A stretch of DNA of 64,000 nucleotides from a virus (IMGVR_UViG_3300037780_000016:1-64000); one strand, 5' to 3'; positions 1 to 8,511 are shown, numbered from the stretch's first letter. Translations and numbers: made by a program. Notes: a model not told the origin generated them from the letters alone.

Positions 1-1
1 C

Positions 2-214
2 GTCTCTTTCCTCCTCCCGCAGGGCATCGCCCCGCAGATGGCCACACCGCTCATTGAGAGCCACCCCGCCGTCAAGAGCGTGACGTGGGAGCGCCACCCG
101 TCATCGACCGCCGAGGTCACTGTCGAGGCCGACCGGTTCGATGTCGCCGAGTATTGGGGTTCCTTCGGGACCAAAGAGCAGCCGGACCTCCCGGCAGTTA
201 GGAAAGCAGCATGA
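2..214 (+). CDS. hypothetical protein, 5'-truncated by the window edge
   Basis: Open frame from base 2 to TGA 212-214, ATGA overlap with next gene. Confidence 0.6.
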   Translation, partial: VSFLLPQGIAPQMATPLIESHPAVKSVTWERHPSSTAEVTVEADRFDVAEYWGSFGTKEQPDLPAVRKAA

Positions 215-588
215 ACACGAGACCGACCAAGCATTGGCTCAGCGCCCATATTCAGGTGAGCTGGGTGACCGTCATGATGGGAGCCGTGGCAGCCGCCATG
301 TTCGCCCTGAATGTGATCCAGCTCGACCGCAACACGGCGCTGGTGGAAGACCTTCACGAGCTGCACCGGGACCGCATGTTCGCCCAATACAATCGCGGCG
401 AACTGTCCGGCCAGTTTCAGCTCTGCCTGACCTATTACCGCTGGACGATGCTCGCCCTCGACCGGGTCGAGACCATGGACCTGTGGTGCGACGAACTGGG
501 AGCCGCCGAGCCTATGGACTGGGAGACCTTCATGGAGCGCCGTGCGGAAGTGGCAGCCGAGATGGCGGAGGCCGTGGCCGATGAGTGA
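211..588 (+). CDS. hypothetical membrane-anchored protein
   Basis: 125 aa, N-terminal hydrophobic helix, overlaps neighbours. Confidence 0.7.
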   Translation: MNTRPTKHWLSAHIQVSWVTVMMGAVAAAMFALNVIQLDRNTALVEDLHELHRDRMFAQYNRGELSGQFQLCLTYYRWTMLALDRVETMDLWCDELGAAEPMDWETFMERRAEVAAEMAEAVADE

Positions 589-982
589 GGTTCTGAGAGC
601 CGTCCAGAAGAAGGCGTTCACCTTCAACGACAGCCCGGTCGGCTCAGGCCACCGCGTCTTTTACGACGTGACTGGCAACGAGGATGACGGGGCTCCGGTC
701 CTGTTCTACCTGCCCAACTTCGTGACGTTCCGGGTGCGGGACGAGATCGACGCCAAGGCGTTCAAGCAGGCTGACCCGATCCTCATGGACCCGGACGAGG
801 AGATCGCCCTGATCACCAATCGGATCGCCGAGGCCCGGAAGCATAAACGACCTTGCCCCATGGGCACGCTGAACATCATCCTGAAATGGCTGGAATACCT
901 GAAGGCCAACCCCCCAGCGAGCCGCGCACGGAAGCGTGTCAGGCCCGTCGCCCGGAAGCGGACCCGACCGCAAAAAAGTTGA
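581..982 (+). CDS. hypothetical protein with Arg-rich C-terminus
   Basis: ATG 581 after GGAGG; ends RARKRVRPVARKRTRPQKS. Confidence 0.7.
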   Translation: MSEVLRAVQKKAFTFNDSPVGSGHRVFYDVTGNEDDGAPVLFYLPNFVTFRVRDEIDAKAFKQADPILMDPDEEIALITNRIAEARKHKRPCPMGTLNIILKWLEYLKANPPASRARKRVRPVARKRTRPQKS

Positions 983-1001
983 ACCCGGGTGCATTTTCTT
1001 C

Positions 1002-1063
1002 TTGCGTTCGGCCTCGGACCTGCTATTCTAAGAATGTAAGGAAGAGGTCAACGCAAGGGAGAC
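1002..1063 (+). promoter_or_regulatory. early promoter/leader cassette
   Basis: TTGCGT-N16-TATTCT-AAGAATGTAAGG...AGGGAGAC. Confidence 0.8.
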
Positions 1064-1067
1064 GCAA

Positions 1068-1328
1068 ATGACCACCCAGATCGAAATCAACGGCAAAGTC
1101 CTGAAGGTCGGCGACAAGATCGTCGTCACCAACCGTGGCACGTACGGCAACACCTACGCCTACGGCGTGGTCACGGGCATCGGCACCGAGAACGGTGAGC
1201 CGGTCGTGGACTATACCGACGAAATCCGCAAGCGGGATAAGTGGTGCTGGGCCGAGCAGGTCATGAAGTTCCAAGACGAAGATGATCAGGCGCACGTCGT
1301 TCTGATGACCGAACCGATCACGGCATAA
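1068..1328 (+). CDS. hypothetical early protein
   Basis: First ORF behind cassette, strong RBS. Confidence 0.8.
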   Translation: MTTQIEINGKVLKVGDKIVVTNRGTYGNTYAYGVVTGIGTENGEPVVDYTDEIRKRDKWCWAEQVMKFQDEDDQAHVVLMTEPITA

Positions 1329-1339
1329 GGGAGAGCCAG

Positions 1340-1885
1340 ATGACGAAGATTTTCCGCACCGACAACCGTGGCGTGGCCAAGAACTACGCCGACCAACGCA
1401 ACACGAACGCCACACGCGGCTGCGTCTCCGGACCGAAGCTGTCCACTGAGATACTTGGGTTCTCCGGAGCCCGGTCGAGCAACGGCCAGTTCTACCACGA
1501 CAACGAGACGATCTACTCGTACGGCCCGCACTTCCCCATCGCGACCCGCCGGAACATCAACAGCTCCGAGCAGGTCATTCTGGTGCGTCCGTACGACGAC
1601 GCCCCGAGCAGCACGACGGCCCGGCACATGGGTATGGTATGCTCTGCGCTGGCTCTGGAAGGATTGAGCTATATCCGCGTGAAGAACATCTTCGCCAAGA
1701 CCACGGAAGAGCATGCCGAGAACCTTGTGTTCATGGCCGAGCAACGTGATCTGGTCGAGGGCAAGATGAACCGTGCCCGCAGCCCGCACATGCGCCGGGT
1801 GCACGCCACCGATTACCAGAAGTGGACGGACAACATGCGCCGGTATCGCATGTACTTCTTCGCGTTCACCCCGACCACGACTTAA
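1340..1885 (+). CDS. hypothetical early protein
   Basis: RBS AGGGAG, 181 aa. Confidence 0.8.
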   Translation: MTKIFRTDNRGVAKNYADQRNTNATRGCVSGPKLSTEILGFSGARSSNGQFYHDNETIYSYGPHFPIATRRNINSSEQVILVRPYDDAPSSTTARHMGMVCSALALEGLSYIRVKNIFAKTTEEHAENLVFMAEQRDLVEGKMNRARSPHMRRVHATDYQKWTDNMRRYRMYFFAFTPTTT

Positions 1886-1901
1886 CCTCCTCCCCAACTG
1901 A

Positions 1902-1943
1902 TGCACCCGGGCGAAAATAATTTGAACCCGGGTGCAATTTTTT
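1902..1943 (+). terminator. intrinsic terminator built from two palindrome copies
   Basis: TGCACCCGGG...CCCGGGTGCA stem then T-tract. Confidence 0.55.
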
Positions 1944-1954
1944 CAGTTTAGGGG

Positions 1955-2017
1955 TTGCGTTCTGCACGGGAACCTGTATTCTAAGAATGTAAGGAAACAG
2001 AACAGGTCAAGGGAGAC
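1955..2017 (+). promoter_or_regulatory. early promoter/leader cassette
   Basis: TTGCGT-N16-TATTCT-AAGAATGTAAGG...AGGGAGAC. Confidence 0.8.
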
Positions 2018-2023
2018 AGACCA

Positions 2024-2377
2024 ATGGAAAATCGTGGCAAGAGCATCGGCGTTTCGGCGAAGGGCATCGAGTACAAGACGGACAGCAAAGGCCGTACGGT
2101 ACGGGTTCCGACGCGTGACATGCCGGTCACCAAGGAAGAGGTTGTGTTCTTCTTCAAGTGCCGTCGCGGTTTCGACGAGGACGAGGCACTGGAAGCAGTT
2201 GGACCGAACGTCCTGCGCTTCTGGAAGGACAAGGGTTACGTCCGTGAGATCGGCCCGATCAAGGGCATGTTTGGGATCACGGTGAAGGCTCAGGCTCAAT
2301 ACGACCTGCCGGACCCGTACCTGCCGATGGCTGGCTGCACGGCGAAATACTTCCCCGCTGAGCCCGCCAAGAAGTAA
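2024..2377 (+). CDS. hypothetical early protein
   Basis: ORF behind cassette. Confidence 0.8.
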   Translation: MENRGKSIGVSAKGIEYKTDSKGRTVRVPTRDMPVTKEEVVFFFKCRRGFDEDEALEAVGPNVLRFWKDKGYVREIGPIKGMFGITVKAQAQYDLPDPYLPMAGCTAKYFPAEPAKK

Positions 2378-2386
2378 GGAGGCCAT

Positions 2387-2716
2387 ATGGCCCAATCGAA
2401 GATGAGCCGGGTCATCACCGGCCTTGGATTTACCGGTATCGCCTTGGTGGGCGGGGCACTCGCGGGTGCCCTGCTCGCCGCTTTCGTCTGGCCTGTCGTC
2501 GGGATGACGCTCGTGGTCGGCGCGGCGATCCATCTGACCGGCCACCACGCGACGATCCTGCTGGGTCACGCCAAGATGGCCACGGCTCTCAGGGACGGTC
2601 GGCTGAAGGCTGACGTGCAGCGCTCCCTCGGCGGGCACATCTGGAATTTCCTGAGACGCACCGCTATGATCTGGGCGGTCACCATCTATGGAGTATGGCA
2701 TGCGGTTCAAACCTGA
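2387..2716 (+). CDS. hypothetical membrane protein
   Basis: RBS GGAGG, 2-3 hydrophobic segments. Confidence 0.7.
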   Translation: MAQSKMSRVITGLGFTGIALVGGALAGALLAAFVWPVVGMTLVVGAAIHLTGHHATILLGHAKMATALRDGRLKADVQRSLGGHIWNFLRRTAMIWAVTIYGVWHAVQT

Positions 2717-3029
2717 AGACCTCGAAGGCGTCAGCATCGCCGAACTGAGGCAGCTCATCGACGAAACAGACGTGAAGCTGGTCACGCTCATCCACGAGCG
2801 CATGTCTCTGGCAGCCGCCATGACGCAGCACAAGCATGACGCCGGGATGCCGGTCGCCTGCCCGGACCGGGAAGACGCCGTGATCCAGAACGTCGTGGAC
2901 CGGGCGAACACGCTGGACGACAAGCACGGCACCTCCTACATGGCCCGGGTCACCCTGAGCGTCATCTGGACAGCCCTCTTCAATCAGGCGAAGGTTATCC
3001 AGCACACCCTATTGGCTGAAGATAATTGA
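2700..3029 (+). CDS. chorismate mutase (AroQ/type II)
   Basis: ELRQLIDETDVKLVTLIHERMSLAAAMTQHK...PDRE...AKVIQ reproduces the spacing of E. coli CM catalytic R11, R28, K39, R51, E52, plus a Q88-like residue. Confidence 0.85.
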   Translation: MRFKPEDLEGVSIAELRQLIDETDVKLVTLIHERMSLAAAMTQHKHDAGMPVACPDREDAVIQNVVDRANTLDDKHGTSYMARVTLSVIWTALFNQAKVIQHTLLAEDN

Positions 3030-3048
3030 ACCCGGGTGCAAATAATTG

Positions 3049-3108
3049 TTGACCCTGATGTCCGATGCTGTATTCTAAGAATGTAAGGCAACGGACATCA
3101 AGGGAGAC
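3049..3108 (+). promoter_or_regulatory. early promoter/leader cassette
   Basis: TTGACC-N16-TATTCT-AAGAATGTAAGGCAA...AGGGAGAC. Confidence 0.8.
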
Positions 3109-3112
3109 AACA

Positions 3113-3394
3113 ATGTCCTACACCACCAAGACGAAAACCGCCGAGCTGATCGCCAGCCTCGTGGACCAGATCGCCGAGAGCGAGACCGATGTTTCTGCTG
3201 TCAGCATGGACATCTGGATGTTCACTGAGGTTCGGGCCGCTGCGGAAAAGCTGCACGGCCATCGTCTGGACCACCACTCATCCAAAAACGCGGAGCGTGC
3301 GGCTGCCGGGCTGAAGAGCCTGCTCTTTGCCCTTGAGGAGGCATCCTACGGCGCTCTGGTGACCAGCGTGCCCGGCGGCAAGCTGATCAGCTAA
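3113..3394 (+). CDS. hypothetical early protein
   Basis: ATG behind cassette RBS. Confidence 0.8.
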   Translation: MSYTTKTKTAELIASLVDQIAESETDVSAVSMDIWMFTEVRAAAEKLHGHRLDHHSSKNAERAAAGLKSLLFALEEASYGALVTSVPGGKLIS

Positions 3395-3418
3395 GTTTGA
3401 ACCCGGGTTCAGAGGGGG

Positions 3419-3480
3419 TTGACTTAGCCTCCTCTGTCCCCTAGTCTAAGAATGTAAGGCAACCGCTCACATAGGGAGAC
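3419..3480 (+). promoter_or_regulatory. early promoter/leader cassette
   Basis: TTGACT-N17-TAGTCT-AAGAATGTAAGGCAA...AGGGAGAC. Confidence 0.8.
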
Positions 3481-3485
3481 ACATT

Positions 3486-3695
3486 ATGAGCACCATCTTC
3501 AACCGCTTTATGAACCTGATGCGCCGCAAGGAGCAGACCATGGAAGACATCTCGCGCGAGGCCGCTGAAGCCGCGCTGGCCGAGATCATGGGCAAGCCCA
3601 ACCTGAACGGCATCATCGAAGCCTCTGAGATCATCGGCGACTGGGAAGCGGAAGGGCAGATCGAGATCACCTCCACCGGGGACGTTCTGGCATGA
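3486..3695 (+). CDS. hypothetical early protein
   Basis: 69 aa behind cassette. Confidence 0.75.
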   Translation: MSTIFNRFMNLMRRKEQTMEDISREAAEAALAEIMGKPNLNGIIEASEIIGDWEAEGQIEITSTGDVLA

Positions 3696-3814
3696 TCGAC
3701 GCACTGATCCTGATCTGGTGCCTGTGCGCAGGCTTGGCCGCGCTGGGAACCATCGATAAGGTGATCCGCATGATCGCCAACCACAACCGGGAGGTTCGGG
3801 TATGGAAGCTCTGA
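3692..3814 (+). CDS. small hydrophobic peptide (40 aa)
   Basis: ATGA-coupled; MIDALILIWCLCAGLAALG... Confidence 0.5.
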   Translation: MIDALILIWCLCAGLAALGTIDKVIRMIANHNREVRVWKL

Positions 3815-3888
3815 TCGAAGTATCGGCGGCTCTGACCGCCATGGCCTTCGCGCTGTCAGCCTTCTGGCCGCGCAAGCACAAACGATAA
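3802..3888 (+). CDS. small hydrophobic peptide (28 aa)
   Basis: GGAGG RBS; MEALIEVSAALTAMAFALSAFWPRKHKR. Confidence 0.45.
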   Translation: MEALIEVSAALTAMAFALSAFWPRKHKR

Positions 3889-3933
3889 GATGAACCCGGG
3901 TGCAAAAAGTTTCGCATCCGGGTCATTTTTTTG

Positions 3934-3996
3934 TTGCGTCACGCCGGGGAAGGTGTATTCTAAGAATGTAAGGCAACAGCATCAGACAAGGGAGAC
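3934..3996 (+). promoter_or_regulatory. early promoter/leader cassette
   Basis: TTGCGT-N16-TATTCT-AAGAATGTAAGGCAA...AGGGAGAC. Confidence 0.8.
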
Positions 3997-4000
3997 GACG

Positions 4001-4306
4001 ATGCAAACCTACACGACCCTCTGGAACGAGCCCCACTGCCGCTTCACCGTCGAGCACAAGCGCAAGACGATGCCGGAAGGATACCCGGAAGCGAAGTACC
4101 AGCTCGACAGCTCCTTCCTGAACCGCGACGACGCGTTCAACATGGCCAAGGAAGACTTCGACGTCTGGGGCGATGTGAGTTTCATCCGCGTCCGCGACGC
4201 CGAGAACCCGGACGTCATGTGGATCGTCTGGCCGAACAGCGCTGGCGAGCCGACCATGGAGCGGATCGACATCCTCCGCAAAGAGATCACGTCGGAGGAG
4301 GCGTAA
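4001..4306 (+). CDS. hypothetical early protein
   Basis: ATG 4001 behind cassette. Confidence 0.8.
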   Translation: MQTYTTLWNEPHCRFTVEHKRKTMPEGYPEAKYQLDSSFLNRDDAFNMAKEDFDVWGDVSFIRVRDAENPDVMWIVWPNSAGEPTMERIDILRKEITSEEA

Positions 4307-4530
4307 TGGCCAACCACGACATCACAGGGAAGACCGGCGACACGCACTGGGTGGCCGCACGGTATTACTGCCGGGAGTTCCGGTGCTGGGTGACCTATCG
4401 GGCATCCGGCCCCTCCCCGGAGGAGCTGGATCAGATCGGTGAGTGCGAATACCACGGCACCCGGGCTGACGCCTGCGAGGAACAGGACGCGGACGTGAGC
4501 CGCCTCGATAACGGAGACTTCGGATCATGA
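4306..4530 (+). CDS. hypothetical protein
   Basis: TAATG coupling, GGAGG RBS. Confidence 0.65.
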   Translation: MANHDITGKTGDTHWVAARYYCREFRCWVTYRASGPSPEELDQIGECEYHGTRADACEEQDADVSRLDNGDFGS

Positions 4531-4871
4531 CCCTACCAATTCTCAAGCATTACGCGTTTATCGCTCCCGTCACGTCTGACACTCGCCCTGACGATTTGCA
4601 GATGTGCCAAACAGAGGCCGGGTTCGAGGGCTGGGCCGTATACCGGTTGGTCTACGACGAGACGAACTACGTGGACCCTATCGGGACTGAATGGGCCATG
4701 CACCACGAGATATTCGATTGCTATTGGCAGGCTACAGCGTGTGCCCTGCGGTTTCACGGTGAGATGTGTGAGACATTGTATCAGGCTCAGGGATGGAACT
4801 ACCCACGGAGGACGTCCCGCGAAAAAACATTGCGTCGGATGAAGAAAAAGGTTGCACCGCTCCCGTGGTAG
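4527..4871 (+). CDS. hypothetical protein
   Basis: ATGA coupling; less typical codon usage. Confidence 0.6.
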   Translation: MTLPILKHYAFIAPVTSDTRPDDLQMCQTEAGFEGWAVYRLVYDETNYVDPIGTEWAMHHEIFDCYWQATACALRFHGEMCETLYQAQGWNYPRRTSREKTLRRMKKKVAPLPW

Positions 4872-4911
4872 TGTATTCTAAGAATGTAAGGCAAGGCCAA
4901 CCAAGGGAGAC
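4852..4911 (+). promoter_or_regulatory. early promoter/leader cassette
   Basis: TTGCAC-N16-TATTCT-AAGAATGTAAGGCAA...AGGGAGAC. Confidence 0.8.
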
Positions 4912-4915
4912 GGAA

Positions 4916-5116
4916 ATGGCAACGCTTCGCACTCAGATCAAAGAAGCTCGCGCAGAGCTTGGCGCTGTGGCCAGCAAGGCTAAGGTCACGGCATTCTTCA
5001 AGGCTCGGGGCCTGAACGCCCAAGAGCGGATCACCAGCGCTGGGGTCATGAACCTCGCACACGTCGAGCTGCACCCAATCATGGGTGAGCAGGTTCGCTT
5101 TGTGGTGGGAGGATAA
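4916..5116 (+). CDS. hypothetical early protein
   Basis: ATG behind cassette. Confidence 0.75.
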   Translation: MATLRTQIKEARAELGAVASKAKVTAFFKARGLNAQERITSAGVMNLAHVELHPIMGEQVRFVVGG

Positions 5117-5117
5117 G

Positions 5118-5603
5118 ATGCCGAACGTTCTTGATCGCAGCCGCACCAAAGGCAACCACGGCTCTCAGCGCCAATTCCACGCGGACCCGGACTTCATCGA
5201 GCTGGTGGACAGCCAGCACGAGCTGCACGCCTTCCGAGCCCGCATGACCGGTGACCCGGAAGCCCACATCGTCGCAGTCCCGAACCAGTTGCGCCTCCTG
5301 CGCAGCCTGCTCAAGCGGAACCAGTACCCGACCGTGGAGTTCTACGTCCGCAAGGGCATCGGCTCCCTGAAGTGCGCCACCCCGACCGTCCGCCAACTGG
5401 AAGCGCTGGGGTACTGGAAAGAGCACTCTCGCTATTCCGGCGGCACCTGCGTCGAATACTGGGACGAGTACAGCGGCCCCAACCCGTTCATCCGGGAAGA
5501 GAACCGCACCATCTGGAAGGATGACAAACGCACCGTCCAGAAGCACCGCGAACTGATTGAACCCGGGTTCACGAGTGACCCCATCGAAGTGGACAGGGGG
5601 TAG
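5118..5603 (+). CDS. hypothetical protein
   Basis: GGAGG RBS, operon position. Confidence 0.75.
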   Translation: MPNVLDRSRTKGNHGSQRQFHADPDFIELVDSQHELHAFRARMTGDPEAHIVAVPNQLRLLRSLLKRNQYPTVEFYVRKGIGSLKCATPTVRQLEALGYWKEHSRYSGGTCVEYWDEYSGPNPFIREENRTIWKDDKRTVQKHRELIEPGFTSDPIEVDRG

Positions 5604-5605
5604 AG

Positions 5606-5866
5606 ATGCTGACGACCACCTTTGATCTTGTGGAGAGCAAATACGCTCTCCGCGACTTCGACGACGAGTTCGTTGCGCTGGACTACGACGCGCAGCAGCG
5701 CCTGATCGACGTCCTTCTGTCCATCGGCCCAATCACCGAGGTCGAGCACTACGACGGGATCGTGATCACCCTGAAGCATGAGCACGCCAGACCGGACGCT
5801 CAGCTCAAGGCCCAGATCGCGGTCATCATCAAACAATTCCTGCGCAAGGAGGAACCCCATGTCTGA
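5606..5866 (+). CDS. hypothetical protein
   Basis: Operon position, codon usage. Confidence 0.7.
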   Translation: MLTTTFDLVESKYALRDFDDEFVALDYDAQQRLIDVLLSIGPITEVEHYDGIVITLKHEHARPDAQLKAQIAVIIKQFLRKEEPHV

Positions 5867-6116
5867 CCACGAGACCATCCAAGACGCCGCCGACAAGATC
5901 ATCGACAACGCCGTGCCGGAATTGCGGGAAGCCATCGAGAAGCGAGCCTTGAACAACGCCGAGGTCGCCGAGCTGGCAGTCTACCGCAAGGTGGTGAACC
6001 GCACGACGAACCAAGTCCTGAACATCATCACCGCCCGTGTGGCCCTGTACGTCGCGATCTATCTGGTCGGCAAGTGGGCATGGGTCGAGGTCACGGCCCA
6101 ACTCGCGGGAGGCTAG
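5859..6116 (+). CDS. hypothetical membrane protein
   Basis: AGGAGG RBS, C-terminal hydrophobic helix. Confidence 0.7.
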   Translation: MSDHETIQDAADKIIDNAVPELREAIEKRALNNAEVAELAVYRKVVNRTTNQVLNIITARVALYVAIYLVGKWAWVEVTAQLAGG

Positions 6117-6117
6117 G

Positions 6118-6447
6118 ATGCAGGTCCGTGATCCCATAGCTGTCCGGGAGGCGAAACTGCGGGAACTCTCGCAACTCCCCCGGGGAACCGTCATCGAACT
6201 GATCGAGCACGCCCATGGGGTAGACACCGCCCAAGGCTATCGCGTCCACCTGAAACCGGGGCAGGTCTTGATGCTGGTGCAGGCGACAGACGAATACGCT
6301 CTGTTGCGCGACACCAGACTGAACCTGATCCGTATCGACCACCACAACATGATGCGGATCAAGGAACACGACCCCGAGCCGAAGAACAACTACCGCCCCC
6401 TCAAGGGACCGGAACGGAAGATGGAGTTCGACGATGATAGTTATTGA
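6118..6447 (+). CDS. hypothetical protein
   Basis: GGAGG RBS; ends RKMEFDDDSY. Confidence 0.7.
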   Translation: MQVRDPIAVREAKLRELSQLPRGTVIELIEHAHGVDTAQGYRVHLKPGQVLMLVQATDEYALLRDTRLNLIRIDHHNMMRIKEHDPEPKNNYRPLKGPERKMEFDDDSY

Positions 6448-6700
6448 CGTGAACCTGATCAGTGCGGTCTCCCGCACCCGTGACTGCAAACTGGGCACCA
6501 TGGTCATCTGCAACGTCGCGACCTCCCAGTGCGGCAACTACGGGGACTACAAGGTGGACGTCTATAAGAAAGGGACCAAGGACTTCAGAGAGGCCAAACC
6601 CTTTCGCTCTGGTCGCGTCTTCAACCACCCACGCAAGAGGGAACCCATCTGGAAGCTCCTCGCGAAAGCACTGGAAGCAGCAGGATACGAGACGATCTGA
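6434..6700 (+). CDS. hypothetical protein
   Basis: Overlapping start, operon position. Confidence 0.65.
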   Translation: MIVIDVNLISAVSRTRDCKLGTMVICNVATSQCGNYGDYKVDVYKKGTKDFREAKPFRSGRVFNHPRKREPIWKLLAKALEAAGYETI

Positions 6701-6853
6701 GCCCTGATCCCTCCGCCCATCTCCAATGAACCGGGGTTCAAAATCGTGTAAATCGAGTATCCTCAGCCCAAATCTGAAATCGCACCTGTGATTTGACGGC
6801 CCCCGAAAGGCCACCTAGAACTGACCACCAAGACGCCTGAGAGGAGGCCCCAC

Positions 6854-7060
6854 ATGCCGAGACGATCACCACAAGGAGGGACAGGGAGTGACATTGTCTG
6901 GCTGATGCTGGCGCTCTTCTTCTTCGTCCTGATCAGCGGATGCGCGACCACTATGAACATGATCCCCCGCTCAGAAGACCCGGGAGTGGAACCCGGCGGA
7001 TACGCGGAGATGTGCGCAGACCCTGAGCGCTACGAACCGACCCTGTGCCCTGAGCAATAA
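6854..7060 (+). CDS. small lipoprotein
   Basis: Hydrophobic stretch ending in lipobox ISGC; C-x10-C downstream. Confidence 0.65.
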   Translation: MPRRSPQGGTGSDIVWLMLALFFFVLISGCATTMNMIPRSEDPGVEPGGYAEMCADPERYEPTLCPEQ

Positions 7061-7070
7061 GGAGGAGCCC

Positions 7071-7247
7071 ATGCACAACCCGCTTCAGATGGCCTACAGC
7101 CTGTCACGGACAGGTGAGCCCGAGCCCGGCGACATCGTGACCCAGCGACAGCCCCGCACCAACGAGAAACGAGATCGCGGCATCATCCGAGAGGAATACC
7201 GTGACCCGGACCAGAACGACCCGTATCGCGGACAGGGGGAAGCCTGA
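7071..7247 (+). CDS. hypothetical protein (58 aa)
   Basis: AGGAGGAG RBS, TGATG coupling to next gene. Confidence 0.55.
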   Translation: MHNPLQMAYSLSRTGEPEPGDIVTQRQPRTNEKRDRGIIREEYRDPDQNDPYRGQGEA

Positions 7248-7684
7248 TGTCTGAGAACCCGAGCATCCGCCGAGCCTGCGAGGAAGTGAAGCGCCGAGTG
7301 GACCGCGCCCTCGAATGGAAAGACGACCGCGAGACCATGGGCATGCTGGAACACTGGCAATCCCACGCCCGGGAGATCATCGCGAACGAGGAGCACCGCT
7401 ATTACGACGACTGCGACGGTTTCGCCCTCACGTCGGCTCAGCTCCTCATGGAGCAGTATGACATCGATCCCGGGGCCGTCCGACTGGTCCTGTGCCTCAC
7501 CCCGGGTGGACATCACGTCTTCTGTGCGGTGGACGATGAGGAGGCCGGTGAGACGTACTGCCTCGACAACAACATGGACCGGGTGGTCTCCCCTGCCCGT
7601 CTACGCCGTGAAGAGTACAAACTGATGAGCTATATGGATTTTGCCCGCAAAGGCGTGTGGCGAGCGATTACGGACGTGGGCTAG
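7247..7684 (+). CDS. transglutaminase-like cysteine peptidase (BTLCP/C93, LapG-like)
   Basis: DCDGFAL...GHHVFCAV...YCLDNN catalytic Cys-His-Asp motifs. Confidence 0.75.
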   Translation: MSENPSIRRACEEVKRRVDRALEWKDDRETMGMLEHWQSHAREIIANEEHRYYDDCDGFALTSAQLLMEQYDIDPGAVRLVLCLTPGGHHVFCAVDDEEAGETYCLDNNMDRVVSPARLRREEYKLMSYMDFARKGVWRAITDVG

Positions 7685-7708
7685 TCTCCCCCTCGACCAC
7701 GTCCGTAG

Positions 7709-7755
7709 GAACCCGGGTGCTGTCTCCCTCCCATGCACCCGGGTTCATTTTTTTC
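7709..7755 (+). terminator. intrinsic terminator built from two palindrome copies
   Basis: GAACCCGGGTGC-loop-GCACCCGGGTTC then ATTTTTTT. Confidence 0.65.
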
Positions 7756-7765
7756 AGGATAGGGG

Positions 7766-7823
7766 TTGTATCATGTCCGTGATCGTGTATTCTAAGAATG
7801 TAAGGACACAGACCAAGGGAGAC
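7766..7823 (+). promoter_or_regulatory. early promoter/leader cassette
   Basis: TTGTAT-N16-TATTCT-AAGAATGTAAGG...AGGGAGAC. Confidence 0.8.
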
Positions 7824-7827
7824 GGTC

Positions 7828-8022
7828 ATGGATACGCAAGAGACACTGATCATCGTAGCAATCATGGTTCTGCTGAGCGGCGTCGCTATCGCCCTGCTGA
7901 GCTGCATGGCTGTCGAGGGTTACCGGGTTCTGGCCAACGCCATCGACCAGTATCGCTTGGACCACGGCAACATGGGCTACGGCAAGCGCCGCCAAATCCG
8001 CACCCGCATGATGCGCCGCTAG
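7828..8022 (+). CDS. small membrane protein
   Basis: N-terminal TM helix behind cassette. Confidence 0.7.
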   Translation: MDTQETLIIVAIMVLLSGVAIALLSCMAVEGYRVLANAIDQYRLDHGNMGYGKRRQIRTRMMRR

Positions 8023-8045
8023 GGAAACTTTTTTCAGTGTAGGGG

Positions 8046-8105
8046 TTGCATCCCACAGTGAAACGTGTATTCTAAGAATGTAAGGCAACAGAGACCAAGG
8101 GAGAC
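8046..8105 (+). promoter_or_regulatory. early promoter/leader cassette
   Basis: TTGCAT-N16-TATTCT-AAGAATGTAAGGCAA...AGGGAGAC. Confidence 0.8.
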
Positions 8106-8109
8106 GGTC

Positions 8110-8268
8110 ATGACTATCGACAGCACAGTGGAATTCCTGAACGACGACGACAAGGTCGTGGACACTCGCGAGATCGAGGCCACCGACGAACTGACCGTCG
8201 AAGATCAGGCAGTCGCTATCGCCACCTGCAACGAGTACACCTCGTTCCGCATCGACGGTGAGGACTAA
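8110..8268 (+). CDS. small acidic hypothetical protein
   Basis: 52 aa behind cassette. Confidence 0.7.
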   Translation: MTIDSTVEFLNDDDKVVDTREIEATDELTVEDQAVAIATCNEYTSFRIDGED

Positions 8269-8271
8269 GCG

Positions 8272-8511
8272 ATGAACACGAAGAACCGCTTCTCCACCAC
8301 GGGCCGCGCCGAGGCGACCATCCGCCGGTTCGGCCTCCGCCACATGAACTATAGCATCGCACGCGTCGATCTGGACAACCCGGAAGTCCCGCGTGAGGTG
8401 CAGCTCTCCAACCCGTTCGAGGTCACGTTCTACGTGCGCGGCCAGAACTTCTACAAGATGCTGACAGCCGCAGGCTTCAAGGCTGTGATCTGCGAGGACA
8501 GGGCAGCATGA
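8272..8511 (+). CDS. hypothetical protein
   Basis: GAGG RBS, operon. Confidence 0.7.
   Translation: MNTKNRFSTTGRAEATIRRFGLRHMNYSIARVDLDNPEVPREVQLSNPFEVTFYVRGQNFYKMLTAAGFKAVICEDRAA

Noticed and set aside
3398-3411. 14-mer as a LexA SOS box (GAAC-N4-GTTC)
   Set aside because: It fits the Gram-positive box, but the spacer is nearly fixed (CCGG), many copies are intragenic, and alphaproteobacterial LexA uses a GTTC-N7-GTTC direct repeat. Unlikely, though not formally excluded.
1932-8268. Repeated peptide YSKNVR(Q/K)...RET in several ORFs
   Set aside because: It is the translation of the promoter/leader DNA motif; the real starts lie after the GGGAGAC RBS.
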